A DNA stretch of 64,000 bases from Candidatus Rifleibacteriota bacterium. Its GTDB lineage: Bacteria > Muiribacteriota > Ozemobacteria > Ozemobacterales > Ozemobacteraceae. The translations under genes were made by a program, and so were the position numbers. This document shows, in pieces, positions 45,678 to 55,307 of the stretch. Within the stretch, counting starts at the first letter, position 1. Each line of letters starts with the position of its first letter. The DNA lies in the NCBI GenBank assembly GCA_018818125.1, contig JAHISQ010000048.1:10134-74133 (forward strand), read 5' to 3'. Below the pieces are notes generated by a model, which was not told where the DNA came from, ran no database searches, and worked only from the letters and a program-made list of their open reading frames with translations.

Positions 45678-47297
45678 TCAATAAAGTTTTTTCAGTTTTG
45701 CTCCAGGGAAATAGTGCAGCAGAATTTGCGTAAAGCTGTGTCCGGCTTTTGCCATGCTCTGTGCGCCAGTCTGGCACATGCCAACACCATGGCCCCATCC
45801 TGCTCCGGTAAAACTGGCGCCGACGATGAAGCCGTCTTTATCACGCTTCCATTCTACGCTAAAGTTAGAGCTGCGCAGCATGCCAAAAAGCTTTCTTATT
45901 GCCAGCTCTCTGAGTACTGTTTTTTCACCGCTGCTGCCGACTATTTTTATGCTGATGATGCGGCCGCTTACTTCTCTGATAAATTCATCTATGCTGCGAA
46001 TACGGCCAACCTCAGCCGCAGCTTCGACTTTTTTCCAGTCGTTTTCGCTCAAAGATTTTTGCCACCTGAATTTGTCAGCGCCTTCGACGCCTGGCAAAGA
46101 ACACCAGGCTTTTGGTGGGTTGAGAATGAAGGCCTCTGCCTGCTTATGATCAGTCAAGTCAAGCTTAAACGGTGTTTTTAGTTGGCCTTTATGGCCTTTG
46201 GCCATTAGAGCCATGTATTCCGTAGCACTTGCCGGGGAAAGGTCGTAGACGCCCTGCAGGTGTATGTCTGGATTCGAAACCCAGATCTTATCGTTTGAAG
46301 AGCTGTGTCCCCCACAATTTGCTGAATATACAGCATCGAGAATGCCGCCCTCGTGGTTCTCCAGAATTTGCCCGAACGTATTTTTTATGCTGGCGCCAAT
46401 TGTCTTGTCTACTGATTGTATGCCTTTATACACCTGACAATGCTGTTCAGAGCAGAAATCGAAACCTTCGTTATAGTGACGGGTGCCTCTCTTTGATAGC
46501 ATTTCGCCGCGTGCCGCAACAGCTTGCGCCTGTAGCGCTGATTCAGGGGCACTGGATGATATCTCTGACGGAACGATTCCAATAATCAATGTTTCCAGAT
46601 CAGTCTGTTCGATACAATCAATGACGTTTTCAAAGCTCCAACCGATGAAGAGTCGCCCGGCGAATTGGCGGTCGGCAAAGCCATGCCAGCTGAAACCCTT
46701 TGCAAACTCAGCTTTTTTAAGCTTGGTAGAAGCGTTTGGAACAAGTTCAAATCCGATTTCTGATGTGGCAATTTTCTTTTTGCCCTGATAAAGAGACAGT
46801 TTTCCCTGGGCAGGATTAATGTTTTCATAAAATATCCAGCTCGAGATCCCTTCAGCAGCCAGTTTATTTTGCTGTTCCTTCGCTTTTGACTCGTCTTCGA
46901 AGATGCCAACGCCGACGAATGTAATGCGGTTGTCAGGGTATCCTGCTGTTGGCACGTGGCCTGCAATAAAATGATGTGTGGTGTATTGTTTGAAGCGGCT
47001 TTCAACCTCTGCCAGCAGTTCGGGCTTGTTTATGCCGGCAGAGCCAACCATCAGATGACAACGGCGCACCGCTGGCGCACTCATGTGTCCTTCTATTCTA
47101 AGTGTCTTGTCCGGCTGTATTTTGCCTTTTTTATCGCCACTTACCCATTCGCCGCCCTTTGGCATGACAAATTCTATGGTTTTGTCATACTGTGCGATTC
47201 TGATTTTTACGCTGGGAGGTGTTGCAGCTGCAGGCAGGGCTGTTGCCAGAAACAGTGCCATTACAGAAAATGCTGCTGCTACAATATATTTATTCAT
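45678..47297 (-). CDS. SpoIID/LytB domain lytic transglycosylase
   Basis: Motifs GIVPSEI, AQAVAAR, DFCSEQHCQVY, YSANCGG, GWGHGVGMCQ, ILLHYFPG. Confidence 0.92.
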   Translation of the reverse strand: MNKYIVAAAFSVMALFLATALPAAATPPSVKIRIAQYDKTIEFVMPKGGEWVSGDKKGKIQPDKTLRIEGHMSAPAVRRCHLMVGSAGINKPELLAEVESRFKQYTTHHFIAGHVPTAGYPDNRITFVGVGIFEDESKAKEQQNKLAAEGISSWIFYENINPAQGKLSLYQGKKKIATSEIGFELVPNASTKLKKAEFAKGFSWHGFADRQFAGRLFIGWSFENVIDCIEQTDLETLIIGIVPSEISSSAPESALQAQAVAARGEMLSKRGTRHYNEGFDFCSEQHCQVYKGIQSVDKTIGASIKNTFGQILENHEGGILDAVYSANCGGHSSSNDKIWVSNPDIHLQGVYDLSPASATEYMALMAKGHKGQLKTPFKLDLTDHKQAEAFILNPPKAWCSLPGVEGADKFRWQKSLSENDWKKVEAAAEVGRIRSIDEFIREVSGRIISIKIVGSSGEKTVLRELAIRKLFGMLRSSNFSVEWKRDKDGFIVGASFTGAGWGHGVGMCQTGAQSMAKAGHSFTQILLHYFPGAKLKKLY

Positions 47298-48204
47298 GAT
47301 CTATTTCTCCTAGTGCCTTGTAAAGAAAGCCTTCTGCCTGTTCCAGTTTCATACGTGCCTGATCAACTGGCAACTCGGTTCTGGCAAGCAGGATCGCCAA
47401 TTTTACGTCACCTTCTGCTTCCTGAAGTTTAGCTTCGGCAATGTAGTTTGGGACTCTGCCGCCCTCCATGACAATGCGTATAGCACGCTTCTGCAGTTTT
47501 TTGTTAGTGGCCATAAGGTCTACCATAAGATTTTCGAATACCTTGCCCATTCTTACCATGCTGATACTTGAAATCATGTTCAGAACTATCTTGCAGGCCG
47601 TACCGCTCTTCAACCTTGTAGAGCCGGTAATTACCTCTGGCCCCACTGCCGGATTGATTAATACATCCGTCTTGGGAAGCTCGCCATAAGGATTGCAGGT
47701 AAGCAATACAGTAGCAGCACCAATTGCTCTGGCATGGTTGAGTCCGCCGGTTACGTAAGGAGTGGTGCCAGATGCGGTTATGCCAATCAAAATGTCGTTT
47801 TTACAGAATTTGATCGCTTCGAGATCCTGGCGACCGGCATCCATATTGTCTTCAGCGCCTTCAACTGCACTGGTGACCGCCTTTTGGCCGCCCGCAATCA
47901 AAGCCATTACCATTTCCGGGTTGACGCCAAAAGTTGGCGGACATTCAGACGCATCAAGAACTCCGAGGCGTCCTGAAGTGCCCGCTCCAGAGTAGATAAG
48001 GCGCCCTCCGTTTCTGAAAGCGGTCAGAACCAGCTCAATTGCCTGAGAAATGTTCTCGCTGCAAGCTTCTACGGCCTTGAAAACAGACATGTCCTCGTTT
48101 ATAAAAATTTTGACCGCCTCTCGTGTTGAAACCCGGTCTATATACATCGTGCGCGGATTTCTTGTTTCGGTGAGTGCCTGTCTATTTGTGTCACTGCTTG
48201 TCAT
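47290..48204 (-). CDS. murQ: N-acetylmuramic acid 6-phosphate etherase
   Basis: Motifs TETRNP, GAGTSGRLGVLDASECPPTFG, AVEGAED, GPEVITGSTRLKSGTA, NLMVD; ATG 48204 after GGAG. Confidence 0.96.
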   Translation of the reverse strand: MTSSDTNRQALTETRNPRTMYIDRVSTREAVKIFINEDMSVFKAVEACSENISQAIELVLTAFRNGGRLIYSGAGTSGRLGVLDASECPPTFGVNPEMVMALIAGGQKAVTSAVEGAEDNMDAGRQDLEAIKFCKNDILIGITASGTTPYVTGGLNHARAIGAATVLLTCNPYGELPKTDVLINPAVGPEVITGSTRLKSGTACKIVLNMISSISMVRMGKVFENLMVDLMATNKKLQKRAIRIVMEGGRVPNYIAEAKLQEAEGDVKLAILLARTELPVDQARMKLEQAEGFLYKALGEIDHE

Positions 48205-48282
48205 TTGTTGTCTCCTGAAATCAAAAAAACTCGACATTTTGTCATAAAAATGTTCACAATAATCATTATTGGACTTTCGCCC

Positions 48283-48311
48283 TTGCACAGTAACAAGGTT
48301 TGGTTTAATAT
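48283..48311 (+). promoter_or_regulatory. Possible sigma-70 promoter of the TPR gene
   Basis: TTGCAC-N17-TAATAT. Confidence 0.45.
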
Positions 48312-48414
48312 GACGCTAGGAATTTGTACCACAAAGCCAGCGCTTGTGTCCCAAAAAATTCGCAAATTTTATCCCTGCCGGGAAATCTATAAACTACATC
48401 CAGCGAGATATCAA

Positions 48415-49251
48415 ATGGAAAAGACATTGGAACAATTGACGGAATTGATTAAAGCCGAACCCCAGAACCCGGAATACTACAAGGAGCTGGGCAATTACTA
48501 TTTTCGCAACAGCGAATACGACTTGGCCATAGAACAGTATCAGGTTGCCTTGAACATTGATCCGACTTATTACAAGGCGTTGTATAATCTGGGCAATACC
48601 TATTACAAGATGGAACAGCACGAAAAAGCTGTGCATTTCTGGCACGAAGCCATCAAGGTTAAGCCAGATTTCGATCATGCCTATTTTAATCTTGGCTATC
48701 ACCACTACCAGAAGGGTTTTATGCGCGAAGCGATAAGAGCTCTCAGTGAAGCTGCCCGCATTAACCCTGACGCAGCTGATACTCACCATTATCTCGGGTT
48801 GTCTTATCAGCAGACTAACCAGCTGCCCGATGCTATTGCAGAGTTCCGAAAAGCTATTGAGCTGAATGATGAAGATCCTGATTACCACTATAATCTTGCC
48901 AATGCAAGTTACGATTTTGGAGATTATGAGGTTGCAGCAAATGAATGGGCTGTTACTTTGAGTATGCGCGATAATGACGTAAAGGCCCGAAATAACTACT
49001 GTGATGCCCTTTTACAGCTTGGGAAATTCGAAGAGGGTCTCAACGAAATCGAAAAAGTACTGGCTTTTGATTCGGAATATCCGCCGGCGTTGTGCACCAG
49101 AGGCGAACTGCTCGAAAAACTTGGCAAGGTGGAAGAGGCCAAAGGACTTTTCGAACGTGTTCTTGAGCTGACCAGAGACAACGAACCCTGGGAAATATTG
49201 CATAAATACGTTGTAGAAAGACTCTCTAAAGCCGCTGAAACCAAATCCTGA
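48415..49251 (+). CDS. TPR-repeat protein
   Basis: Regular tandem TPRs (ALYNLGNTY, AYFNLGYHH, YHYNLANA); start placed at MEKT. Confidence 0.9.
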   Translation: MEKTLEQLTELIKAEPQNPEYYKELGNYYFRNSEYDLAIEQYQVALNIDPTYYKALYNLGNTYYKMEQHEKAVHFWHEAIKVKPDFDHAYFNLGYHHYQKGFMREAIRALSEAARINPDAADTHHYLGLSYQQTNQLPDAIAEFRKAIELNDEDPDYHYNLANASYDFGDYEVAANEWAVTLSMRDNDVKARNNYCDALLQLGKFEEGLNEIEKVLAFDSEYPPALCTRGELLEKLGKVEEAKGLFERVLELTRDNEPWEILHKYVVERLSKAAETKS

Positions 49252-49269
49252 CCGAATAGCCTGAAACCC

Positions 49270-49307
49270 AAAACCGCCGTATTCATTTGGTGAATACGGC
49301 GGTTTTT
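49270..49307. terminator. Bidirectional terminator
   Basis: AAAACCGCCGTATTCA-TTTGG-TGAATACGGCGGTTTTT. Confidence 0.88.
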
Positions 49308-49324
49308 ATTTGGTTGAAGTCTGG

Positions 49325-49474
49325 TCAGGCGGCCTTTTTATTGTTCTTCTTTTTGTGAACTTTGAATCCGCCCGGATTGACAAGGTAGTCATAGAGAACC
49401 TCTTCGGCTCTATAGTTCTCGCTGTCCTGACCGTCAATCAGAACGCTTCCATTGGTGAAAATTTCAATGAGCAT
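49325..49474 (-). CDS. Small 49-aa protein (below the ORF-track size cutoff)
   Basis: MLIEIFTNGSVLIDGQDSENYRAEEVLYDYLVNPGGFKVHKKKNNKKAA*; RBS AAAGGA; terminator 17 nt after the stop. Confidence 0.7.
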   Translation of the reverse strand: MLIEIFTNGSVLIDGQDSENYRAEEVLYDYLVNPGGFKVHKKKNNKKAA

Positions 49475-49533
49475 GCTTTTTCCTTTCAGTCTTCTGTTTA
49501 CTTATTTTGTGCCCAAAATTTACATATTGATTA

Positions 49534-51174
49534 CTATTGTTCTGGATATGTCTGTTCTTCCTCCTGAGCTATGTTCTGGTTATCGTTCTGCATGCGCAGA
49601 ACCTCTAATCTGGCATTGAGCTGGCGCTTGACCAGATCATTCATGTCTGGTTCCTCCAGCCTCTTCAAAATTGCTGCTTCCGCTTCGCTTGTCCGGCCGA
49701 TAAGGTTTAGGCTGTCGGTCCAGAGCAGAAAAGCTCTGAGAATCTCTGGTTTTTCAGCCAGTAATGATTCAAGAATTTTTGCCGAAATTTCAGGATTTCT
49801 TGCAAGATGAACTTCTGCCAGTTTTATATGCAGATTGTAGTCTTGGGGTCTCTGATTTCGTGCGCTTTCGAGAAGATCTACCGCAGTCCCGACCGCGTCA
49901 TTGACAATGAACTCATCAATGCTTTTCAGCAGAATATCTGTGAGCTTATCGTCAAATATTATTTTTACCGCTTCTGGCGCAATCAGCTTTACTTGCGGCT
50001 GATTGTCGAGAATCACGGCTACACGCAATATGTTGATCAGTAACACAGGATTCGCGGTTATCAGATGGTCTGGCTTGATACGCTCGATGATTTCATCGGC
50101 CATTTCACTGATGTCTTTCCCACCATCGTCCTGTCCGCTTGGTATTGCCCGTAATCGCTCGAAGGCTTTTAACCAGGTATTTATCCAGGCCTCATAGAGA
50201 CGCAGTTCCTTCGGATAGACGGTCAGCAGCTGGCGCGTTGCTGTCATCGCCTTTTTTTCCTTTTCAGTTTCACTCAGAATTTTAATGTAGATTAAATTAT
50301 CGTCGAGAGAGTCGATAGGTCGACTGTTAACGAGTTTTAAAGCTTTTTCGAATTGCTTCTGTTCGATCAGAAAGTTGATGAGCTCACGTTCAAGGCCGCC
50401 GACATCGGCCCCCGGAACTGTCTTTTCACGCATGACAAATTCTTCGAATTTTTCCGTCAAGTGAAGTTTCAGGATTAGATCCTTGATTCGCCTTTTTACC
50501 GGAGTAGTAAGCAATTTGCGACTGGTTAAAGAGAGTAGTTTTTCGAGCGCGACTTCCTGGTATTCAGAGTCTGAGAACCAGGCATCGACAAATGCCTGCA
50601 GTTCTGCCGGCAACGTTTTATCCGTAGATTTTTTGCTGAAAGCAGAACTGTAATGCTCTGCTTTTGACTGTATATTCAACAAGGCCGCTGAATAGGCCGC
50701 AGTAAAAAGAATGTCACTGTTATCCGGCATGTCGGCCAAAGCTTCTTCGCAGAGTTTTAGAGCAGGCTCATACGATTCACCAGTAAGATATATATCGAGT
50801 GTTTCTTTGAAATTGCGGCGATAACGTGCCATGCGCATGTCGGCAAGGTAACGGCGAGCTCTGCTGCCGAATTTCGGATCGTTTTCGACCTTTTTAAAGA
50901 ATTTGTCGGCATTCTCAAAGTTGCCAGCTTCATAGGAATAGAGCCCGGCATGAAACAATGCGCCGATATGATTGGGGTTCAGTCTGAGCACTCTCTGAAT
51001 GTCTTCTTTAGCCTCAACCAGCCGACCTTTTTCGGCAGCAATTTCGACTTTTTTATAAAGTCGATCCTCGACGCTCTCGTTGCTGGCAGAAATATGGTCG
51101 CTGCTCAACGAAAGTCCTGCCAGGCAGATGGCGGCCGTAAGAAACCCGGCTTTGAGTGCTTTGCGCTTATTCAT
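49534..51174 (-). CDS. Exported TPR-like helical repeat protein
   Basis: Signal peptide; TPR-like units (VLRLNPNHIGALFHAG, YNLHIKLAEV). Confidence 0.8.
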   Translation of the reverse strand: MNKRKALKAGFLTAAICLAGLSLSSDHISASNESVEDRLYKKVEIAAEKGRLVEAKEDIQRVLRLNPNHIGALFHAGLYSYEAGNFENADKFFKKVENDPKFGSRARRYLADMRMARYRRNFKETLDIYLTGESYEPALKLCEEALADMPDNSDILFTAAYSAALLNIQSKAEHYSSAFSKKSTDKTLPAELQAFVDAWFSDSEYQEVALEKLLSLTSRKLLTTPVKRRIKDLILKLHLTEKFEEFVMREKTVPGADVGGLERELINFLIEQKQFEKALKLVNSRPIDSLDDNLIYIKILSETEKEKKAMTATRQLLTVYPKELRLYEAWINTWLKAFERLRAIPSGQDDGGKDISEMADEIIERIKPDHLITANPVLLINILRVAVILDNQPQVKLIAPEAVKIIFDDKLTDILLKSIDEFIVNDAVGTAVDLLESARNQRPQDYNLHIKLAEVHLARNPEISAKILESLLAEKPEILRAFLLWTDSLNLIGRTSEAEAAILKRLEEPDMNDLVKRQLNARLEVLRMQNDNQNIAQEEEQTYPEQ

Positions 51175-51781
51175 GACTGCTGTCTCTTATTATTGTAGAA
51201 AGACTGCGTGGTCGCATATCCTGTGCGAATATCGCTGATAGTTCCGTGCTGGCACGTTTTGCCAGCGATGTTCTGTTATCGACCAGTACTATATGCTCAA
51301 GATGATGTCTTGCTTCGCTAAGTCGCTCGTGACGACGATGCAAAAGTGCAAGATTAAATCGCGATGGCAAATGGTCAGCAAGCTCAATGGCTGCGGTGTA
51401 TTCTTTTGCTGCAAGGGTATCCCAGTCTGTAGTGTCACCCGGCAGTCCTTCAAGACCGCGTTTTTCGTAAGTCATGGCCAGCAGAAACCTTGCTTCTTCA
51501 GTTGCAGGCTGCAATTTGACAGCTTTTCTAAAAGCCCAGATTGCCTGCTCATATTCTCGCCGTGCCAGGTAGTTGCGGCCGTCTTTTATCCAGCCGCGAT
51601 ACTCGCGACCTGAATTGTTGAGCATCGAGTAGAAATTAGCTTCAGCCCTGCGTCCACTTATCGGTGCAATCGGGCTGTGCAAAATTTTGCCGTCTCTGTT
51701 GCTGGCCATATAAGCTTTCGGGCCAACAAAAAAGATGACAGACAATAACGAAATTATTAATAGGAATCTACTGTTTATCAT
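51167..51781 (-). CDS. Exported TPR protein
   Basis: N-terminal hydrophobic segment; EYEQAIWAFRKAVKLQP; RFNLALL. Confidence 0.78.
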   Translation of the reverse strand: MINSRFLLIISLLSVIFFVGPKAYMASNRDGKILHSPIAPISGRRAEANFYSMLNNSGREYRGWIKDGRNYLARREYEQAIWAFRKAVKLQPATEEARFLLAMTYEKRGLEGLPGDTTDWDTLAAKEYTAAIELADHLPSRFNLALLHRRHERLSEARHHLEHIVLVDNRTSLAKRASTELSAIFAQDMRPRSLSTIIRDSSHE

Positions 51782-51980
51782 TAGTATTCTCTTTAATAAG
51801 ATTCGGCAGATTCCTGAGTTTTTATGAATCGAAAATTATTTAGGTCGCGTCAGAAAACCGTGGTGCGCTTCTGGATCATCGTGACGACGATCTTTCCCCA
51901 CGGTGGCGGTTTTGTTTGTGTGATTTTGCGTTTGCAGAAAAAATTACCCGGACAAGCCTGGCAATTAATGTATTACAATC

Positions 51981-52019
51981 TGGATTCCTGGTCCGCTTTT
52001 CAGTCGCCCGGAATGACGG
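51981..52019. repeat. REP/RPE-like palindromic unit
   Basis: Reverse complement CCGTCATTCCGGGCG...CGGACCAGGAATCCA has the same GTCATTCC...GGAATC frame as 6076..6103. Confidence 0.55.
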
Positions 52020-52095
52020 TTGAATTTCTGTATGGGCGGGGCCAGTGTGGCCGCCAGTGAATGAGATTTATGGTTCCAGGTTGGGTTAAGTGCAC

Positions 52096-54471
52096 TTATT
52101 CGGGCAGATAATACACACCATCTGGCATAGCCAGAAAAATGATGAAGTCTGATTGGGCAATGGATTTGACTGGGCTCTTAGTGTAGTATTTTTCCCAGAA
52201 ACCGTTCTGATAAAGTGCATAGCCACCACCATCGGAACTGGTAAAAGCTATTCTGTATGTCTCGGGATTCATTTGATCTATGCACATGTCGTTTATTTTA
52301 AAGCCTTGTCCTGTAGATGCCGATTCGATAAGGCGATAATGCTGCCCGTCGAATTCACTTACGCCATCTTTGCCCTGTATGAGAATTATGCCGCTGGGTA
52401 ATCGGAAAAGGTTCGAAATTGCACCGATTCGCCCAGTGCCTTTTTCTGAGAGCTTTTTGTAGCTTTCGCCGTCAAATATTTTCTGATATCCATTTTCCAT
52501 GCCGACCAGCAGGTAATGTTCTGTGTTGAGCATTGCCGACACCGGCGCTGACTCATCTATTTCAAAGTTTTTGAGAGTCTCACTTGCGTTGGCAAAATCG
52601 AAGTTGCGCATATAGGTGCCATCAAGACCATGCAGTCTAACTTCCTGGTATCTTTCCTTGTCGTTAAGCTGTAACAGAGTGCTTATAGTTTGTGGGGTAG
52701 TAGCGCTGAGCTTATCACCATCATAAACAAATATCTGTTCATAAACCTTTGCAGCTGCTGCAAAAGCCACGAAAATGCGATTGCTGCCATCAATGACAAT
52801 TCTGCTGGCTGTTTGTCCGACCATTTGTGTTTGTGGTTGCCTGAACTCGATGTTTTTCCAGGTTTTGCCATCCCATCTGATTACGCCAGCGTTGCCGGTA
52901 ACCCAGAGATTACCGTCTTTGTCCATTGCAAAGTCGGTAACCATTCGGTGAAAGCCTTTAACATTCTCATCGTTGAAATTGCCAATGCTCTTTATCGGGT
53001 TCAGTTGGTAGATGTGCATGCCATGCCTACGGGTGCCAACGTATAGCAGGTCTGCCAGAACACGAATTCGAGTCGGTTCACAGCTTAATATTTCCTGCAG
53101 CTTGCCTTTGCCACTCATGCTGCGTTTGCTGTAACGCATGATGCCGCCGGTTTCGGTTCCAAACCAGACTTCGCCGGCATTGCCCAGCGCTATCGCCGTG
53201 ATATTGTCACAGGGGAGTTTTGAATTCTCGCTGGTAAGGTGGTAACGCTCACCATCAGTTGCAAATAGAATTAAACCGCTATTTTGCGTGCCGACCCAGA
53301 GTCCTTTTAACAGTGGCGAAAGTAGTGCGCTGGAATCAATTGATAAATTGGCCGCCAGACCATCAGAACCAAATTCGGCAGTTCCTTGAATCCTCTGGCT
53401 CGCTTCAATCATCTGTCGCTCAAAAGCAAAAAAACGCTCATACATTTGATCAACAGCTTCTCTTGGAGCATCCCGCTGGCCGGCATAGCGCTGAGTGTAG
53501 GCGGCATAATCGGTCTGCAGCTGAGCATGCTGTGCTCGCAGTTGAGTAAATGCATCATCCTCGATAGTGATACCGGCCGCTCCCATTTTAGGCTCAAAAG
53601 CTTTTTTGTCGCTCCCGGAAAGCGATTCACGCGGGTATGCACTGAAGGCGGCGCGTGTGCACCAAATTCCGGGTAGAAGATTTTCCATTTTTTCCAGGTC
53701 TGAGGTTATGAACAGACCGTTGGCTGAAGCTATAAATAAACGTTTTTCGGCATTTGCAAAGTCGTTGACCCAGCCGATCTGGCTTTCATCGCCGAAGACC
53801 GGTGTAAGATTTGCGTTGTTAATGCGATAAAGTCCGCCGTGACATCCGGTTAATTCTCCAAGTTCGCAGCCAATAATGGCTGAAAATCCGGTCGGGCTAA
53901 GATACTCTGGTGTTTTAAATGGAATGAACTGTTCTTCCTGTAATGTTCCGGCGACCCGGTCGCAGGCTATGTAAAAGCAATTTTCCTTTTTTGCCATCTC
54001 TCTGATTGCCAGTACATTGAGATTTTCGTCGCGAAACTTGCCCAGAGCAGAAAAGATTACTTTGTTCTTTTTGATTTCGCCCTTAAAAATGCCATTGCTT
54101 GTTCCGGCCAGAAAGCTTTTGCTATCTATTCTGGCGAGACTGCTGACAGTTACAGCTGGAAACTCGAACATGTCACCGCCTGACCTGTGCCAGGTTGCGC
54201 CGTCAAAAATCATTATACCTTCGTCGCGGTTCCCGGCAATCACCAGTTGTGCATTTTCTTCCATCGGCTGCACCAGTAATGAGCTTATGTTGTTGCATGG
54301 TAGACCGTTCAGGCTGTTATAGACTGAAAAATAGCCAGCTTGAATGCGAGGGGGGGGCACTTTGATCGTTGGAAAATGCTGTGCCCCTGGTTCAGGCTCA
54401 CAGGCGCGCATGGGAGTGCAATAGAATTGTAATATTGCCAGGATCGTGACCATCAGCAGCAACTTGCGCAT
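52096..54471 (-). CDS. Exported beta-propeller protein (two-component regulator propeller-like repeats)
   Basis: Signal peptide; motifs NGLPCNNISSL, ENSKLPCDNITAI, VWFGT..GG, DKDGNLWV; no kinase domain. Confidence 0.8.
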   Translation of the reverse strand: MRKLLLMVTILAILQFYCTPMRACEPEPGAQHFPTIKVPPPRIQAGYFSVYNSLNGLPCNNISSLLVQPMEENAQLVIAGNRDEGIMIFDGATWHRSGGDMFEFPAVTVSSLARIDSKSFLAGTSNGIFKGEIKKNKVIFSALGKFRDENLNVLAIREMAKKENCFYIACDRVAGTLQEEQFIPFKTPEYLSPTGFSAIIGCELGELTGCHGGLYRINNANLTPVFGDESQIGWVNDFANAEKRLFIASANGLFITSDLEKMENLLPGIWCTRAAFSAYPRESLSGSDKKAFEPKMGAAGITIEDDAFTQLRAQHAQLQTDYAAYTQRYAGQRDAPREAVDQMYERFFAFERQMIEASQRIQGTAEFGSDGLAANLSIDSSALLSPLLKGLWVGTQNSGLILFATDGERYHLTSENSKLPCDNITAIALGNAGEVWFGTETGGIMRYSKRSMSGKGKLQEILSCEPTRIRVLADLLYVGTRRHGMHIYQLNPIKSIGNFNDENVKGFHRMVTDFAMDKDGNLWVTGNAGVIRWDGKTWKNIEFRQPQTQMVGQTASRIVIDGSNRIFVAFAAAAKVYEQIFVYDGDKLSATTPQTISTLLQLNDKERYQEVRLHGLDGTYMRNFDFANASETLKNFEIDESAPVSAMLNTEHYLLVGMENGYQKIFDGESYKKLSEKGTGRIGAISNLFRLPSGIILIQGKDGVSEFDGQHYRLIESASTGQGFKINDMCIDQMNPETYRIAFTSSDGGGYALYQNGFWEKYYTKSPVKSIAQSDFIIFLAMPDGVYYLPE

Positions 54472-54614
54472 AGTATATCCTCTGATAATTTTTATACGAA
54501 CACTTACTGATATTTTAGTTCACTCTAGAGAGTTGTCACAGCTCTGTGTGCTATTTGATATGTTTATTTTAACCGATTATGCGGGCTAATATAAGTCAAA
54601 GCGGATCTTTTGTA

Positions 54615-54652
54615 AATAAAATGGGGCTGCCGGAAATTTCCGGCAGCCCCAT
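54615..54652 (-). terminator. Terminator downstream of carD
   Basis: Perfect 32-bp palindrome ATGGGGCTGCCGGAAATTTCCGGCAGCCCCAT (54621-54652) with an A-rich left flank. Confidence 0.8.
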
Positions 54653-54671
54653 AATGATCATGGAATCGAAA

Positions 54672-55181
54672 TTAGAAGATCATATCTTCCATGGCTTCAT
54701 CAAGCATCGCACCTGCTTCGGAATCAATGACTTCTTTGGAGAAGACAATTTCAGAGACCAGCAGTTGCCGGGCAGTTTCAAAGAGCGCTTTGTCTTTGGT
54801 GCCCAAGGGTTTTACCATGCTGCGGCGGCAAAGAAGTCGATAAACTCTCGCTACCTGCACCAGGTCGCCGCTCTGTATCTTTTCGAGATAATCACGATAA
54901 CGCTGATGAAAACTTTTGCTTTCTTCTTCTTCTTCTTCGGAGAAGCTTTCGCTGAGCGAAGTAAAGATTTCATCAATGCTGTTGTTGTTGTTGATTGTGC
55001 GCAGTCCAACCTTTTCAGCCATCTCGATCGGCACCATGACAGAGCCGAGGTCGCTGTAAGGAAAGTCTATCACATAATAGCTTAAAAGCCTGCCTCTCAC
55101 CTGTCTTTTATCGATCTGCTTAAGAATACCGGCCCCGTGAATTGGGTGAACGATGGGAGAACCGACTTCAAAACTATTCAT
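54672..55181 (-). CDS. carD: CarD family transcriptional regulator
   Basis: Motifs FEVGSPIVHPIHGAG, VMVP....KVGLR, KIQSGDL, ARQLLVSEI. Confidence 0.9.
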   Translation of the reverse strand: MNSFEVGSPIVHPIHGAGILKQIDKRQVRGRLLSYYVIDFPYSDLGSVMVPIEMAEKVGLRTINNNNSIDEIFTSLSESFSEEEEEESKSFHQRYRDYLEKIQSGDLVQVARVYRLLCRRSMVKPLGTKDKALFETARQLLVSEIVFSKEVIDSEAGAMLDEAMEDMIF

Positions 55182-55232
55182 TAAACGACTCCTGATTTTT
55201 TATCTAATTATGGTCAATTGCGGCTCAAATGT

Positions 55233-55275
55233 AAAAAGGCCAAAATAATCCCGAAGATGCGGATTAAATTGGCCT
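55233..55275 (-). terminator. Probable terminator after rplY
   Basis: Imperfect stem AGGCCAA..TAATCC / GGATTA..TTGGCCT with A5. Confidence 0.55.
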
Positions 55276-55307
55276 GATTAGCTACAATTCGCTTGAATTT
55301 ACCAAAA

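Noticed and set aside
17733-47297. Sporulation suggested by SpoIID and GerMN domains
   Set aside because: Both domains are widespread in non-sporulating diderms, and no sporulation-specific genes are present.
49310-49567. 85-aa plus-strand ORF in the track
   Set aside because: It starts right after a terminator with no RBS; the minus-strand 49-aa ORF with an RBS explains the region better.
51803-51827. Additional sigma-28 site (GCCGAAT) upstream of the TPR pair
   Set aside because: The -10 element is mismatched and there is no TAAA at a 15-16 nt spacing.
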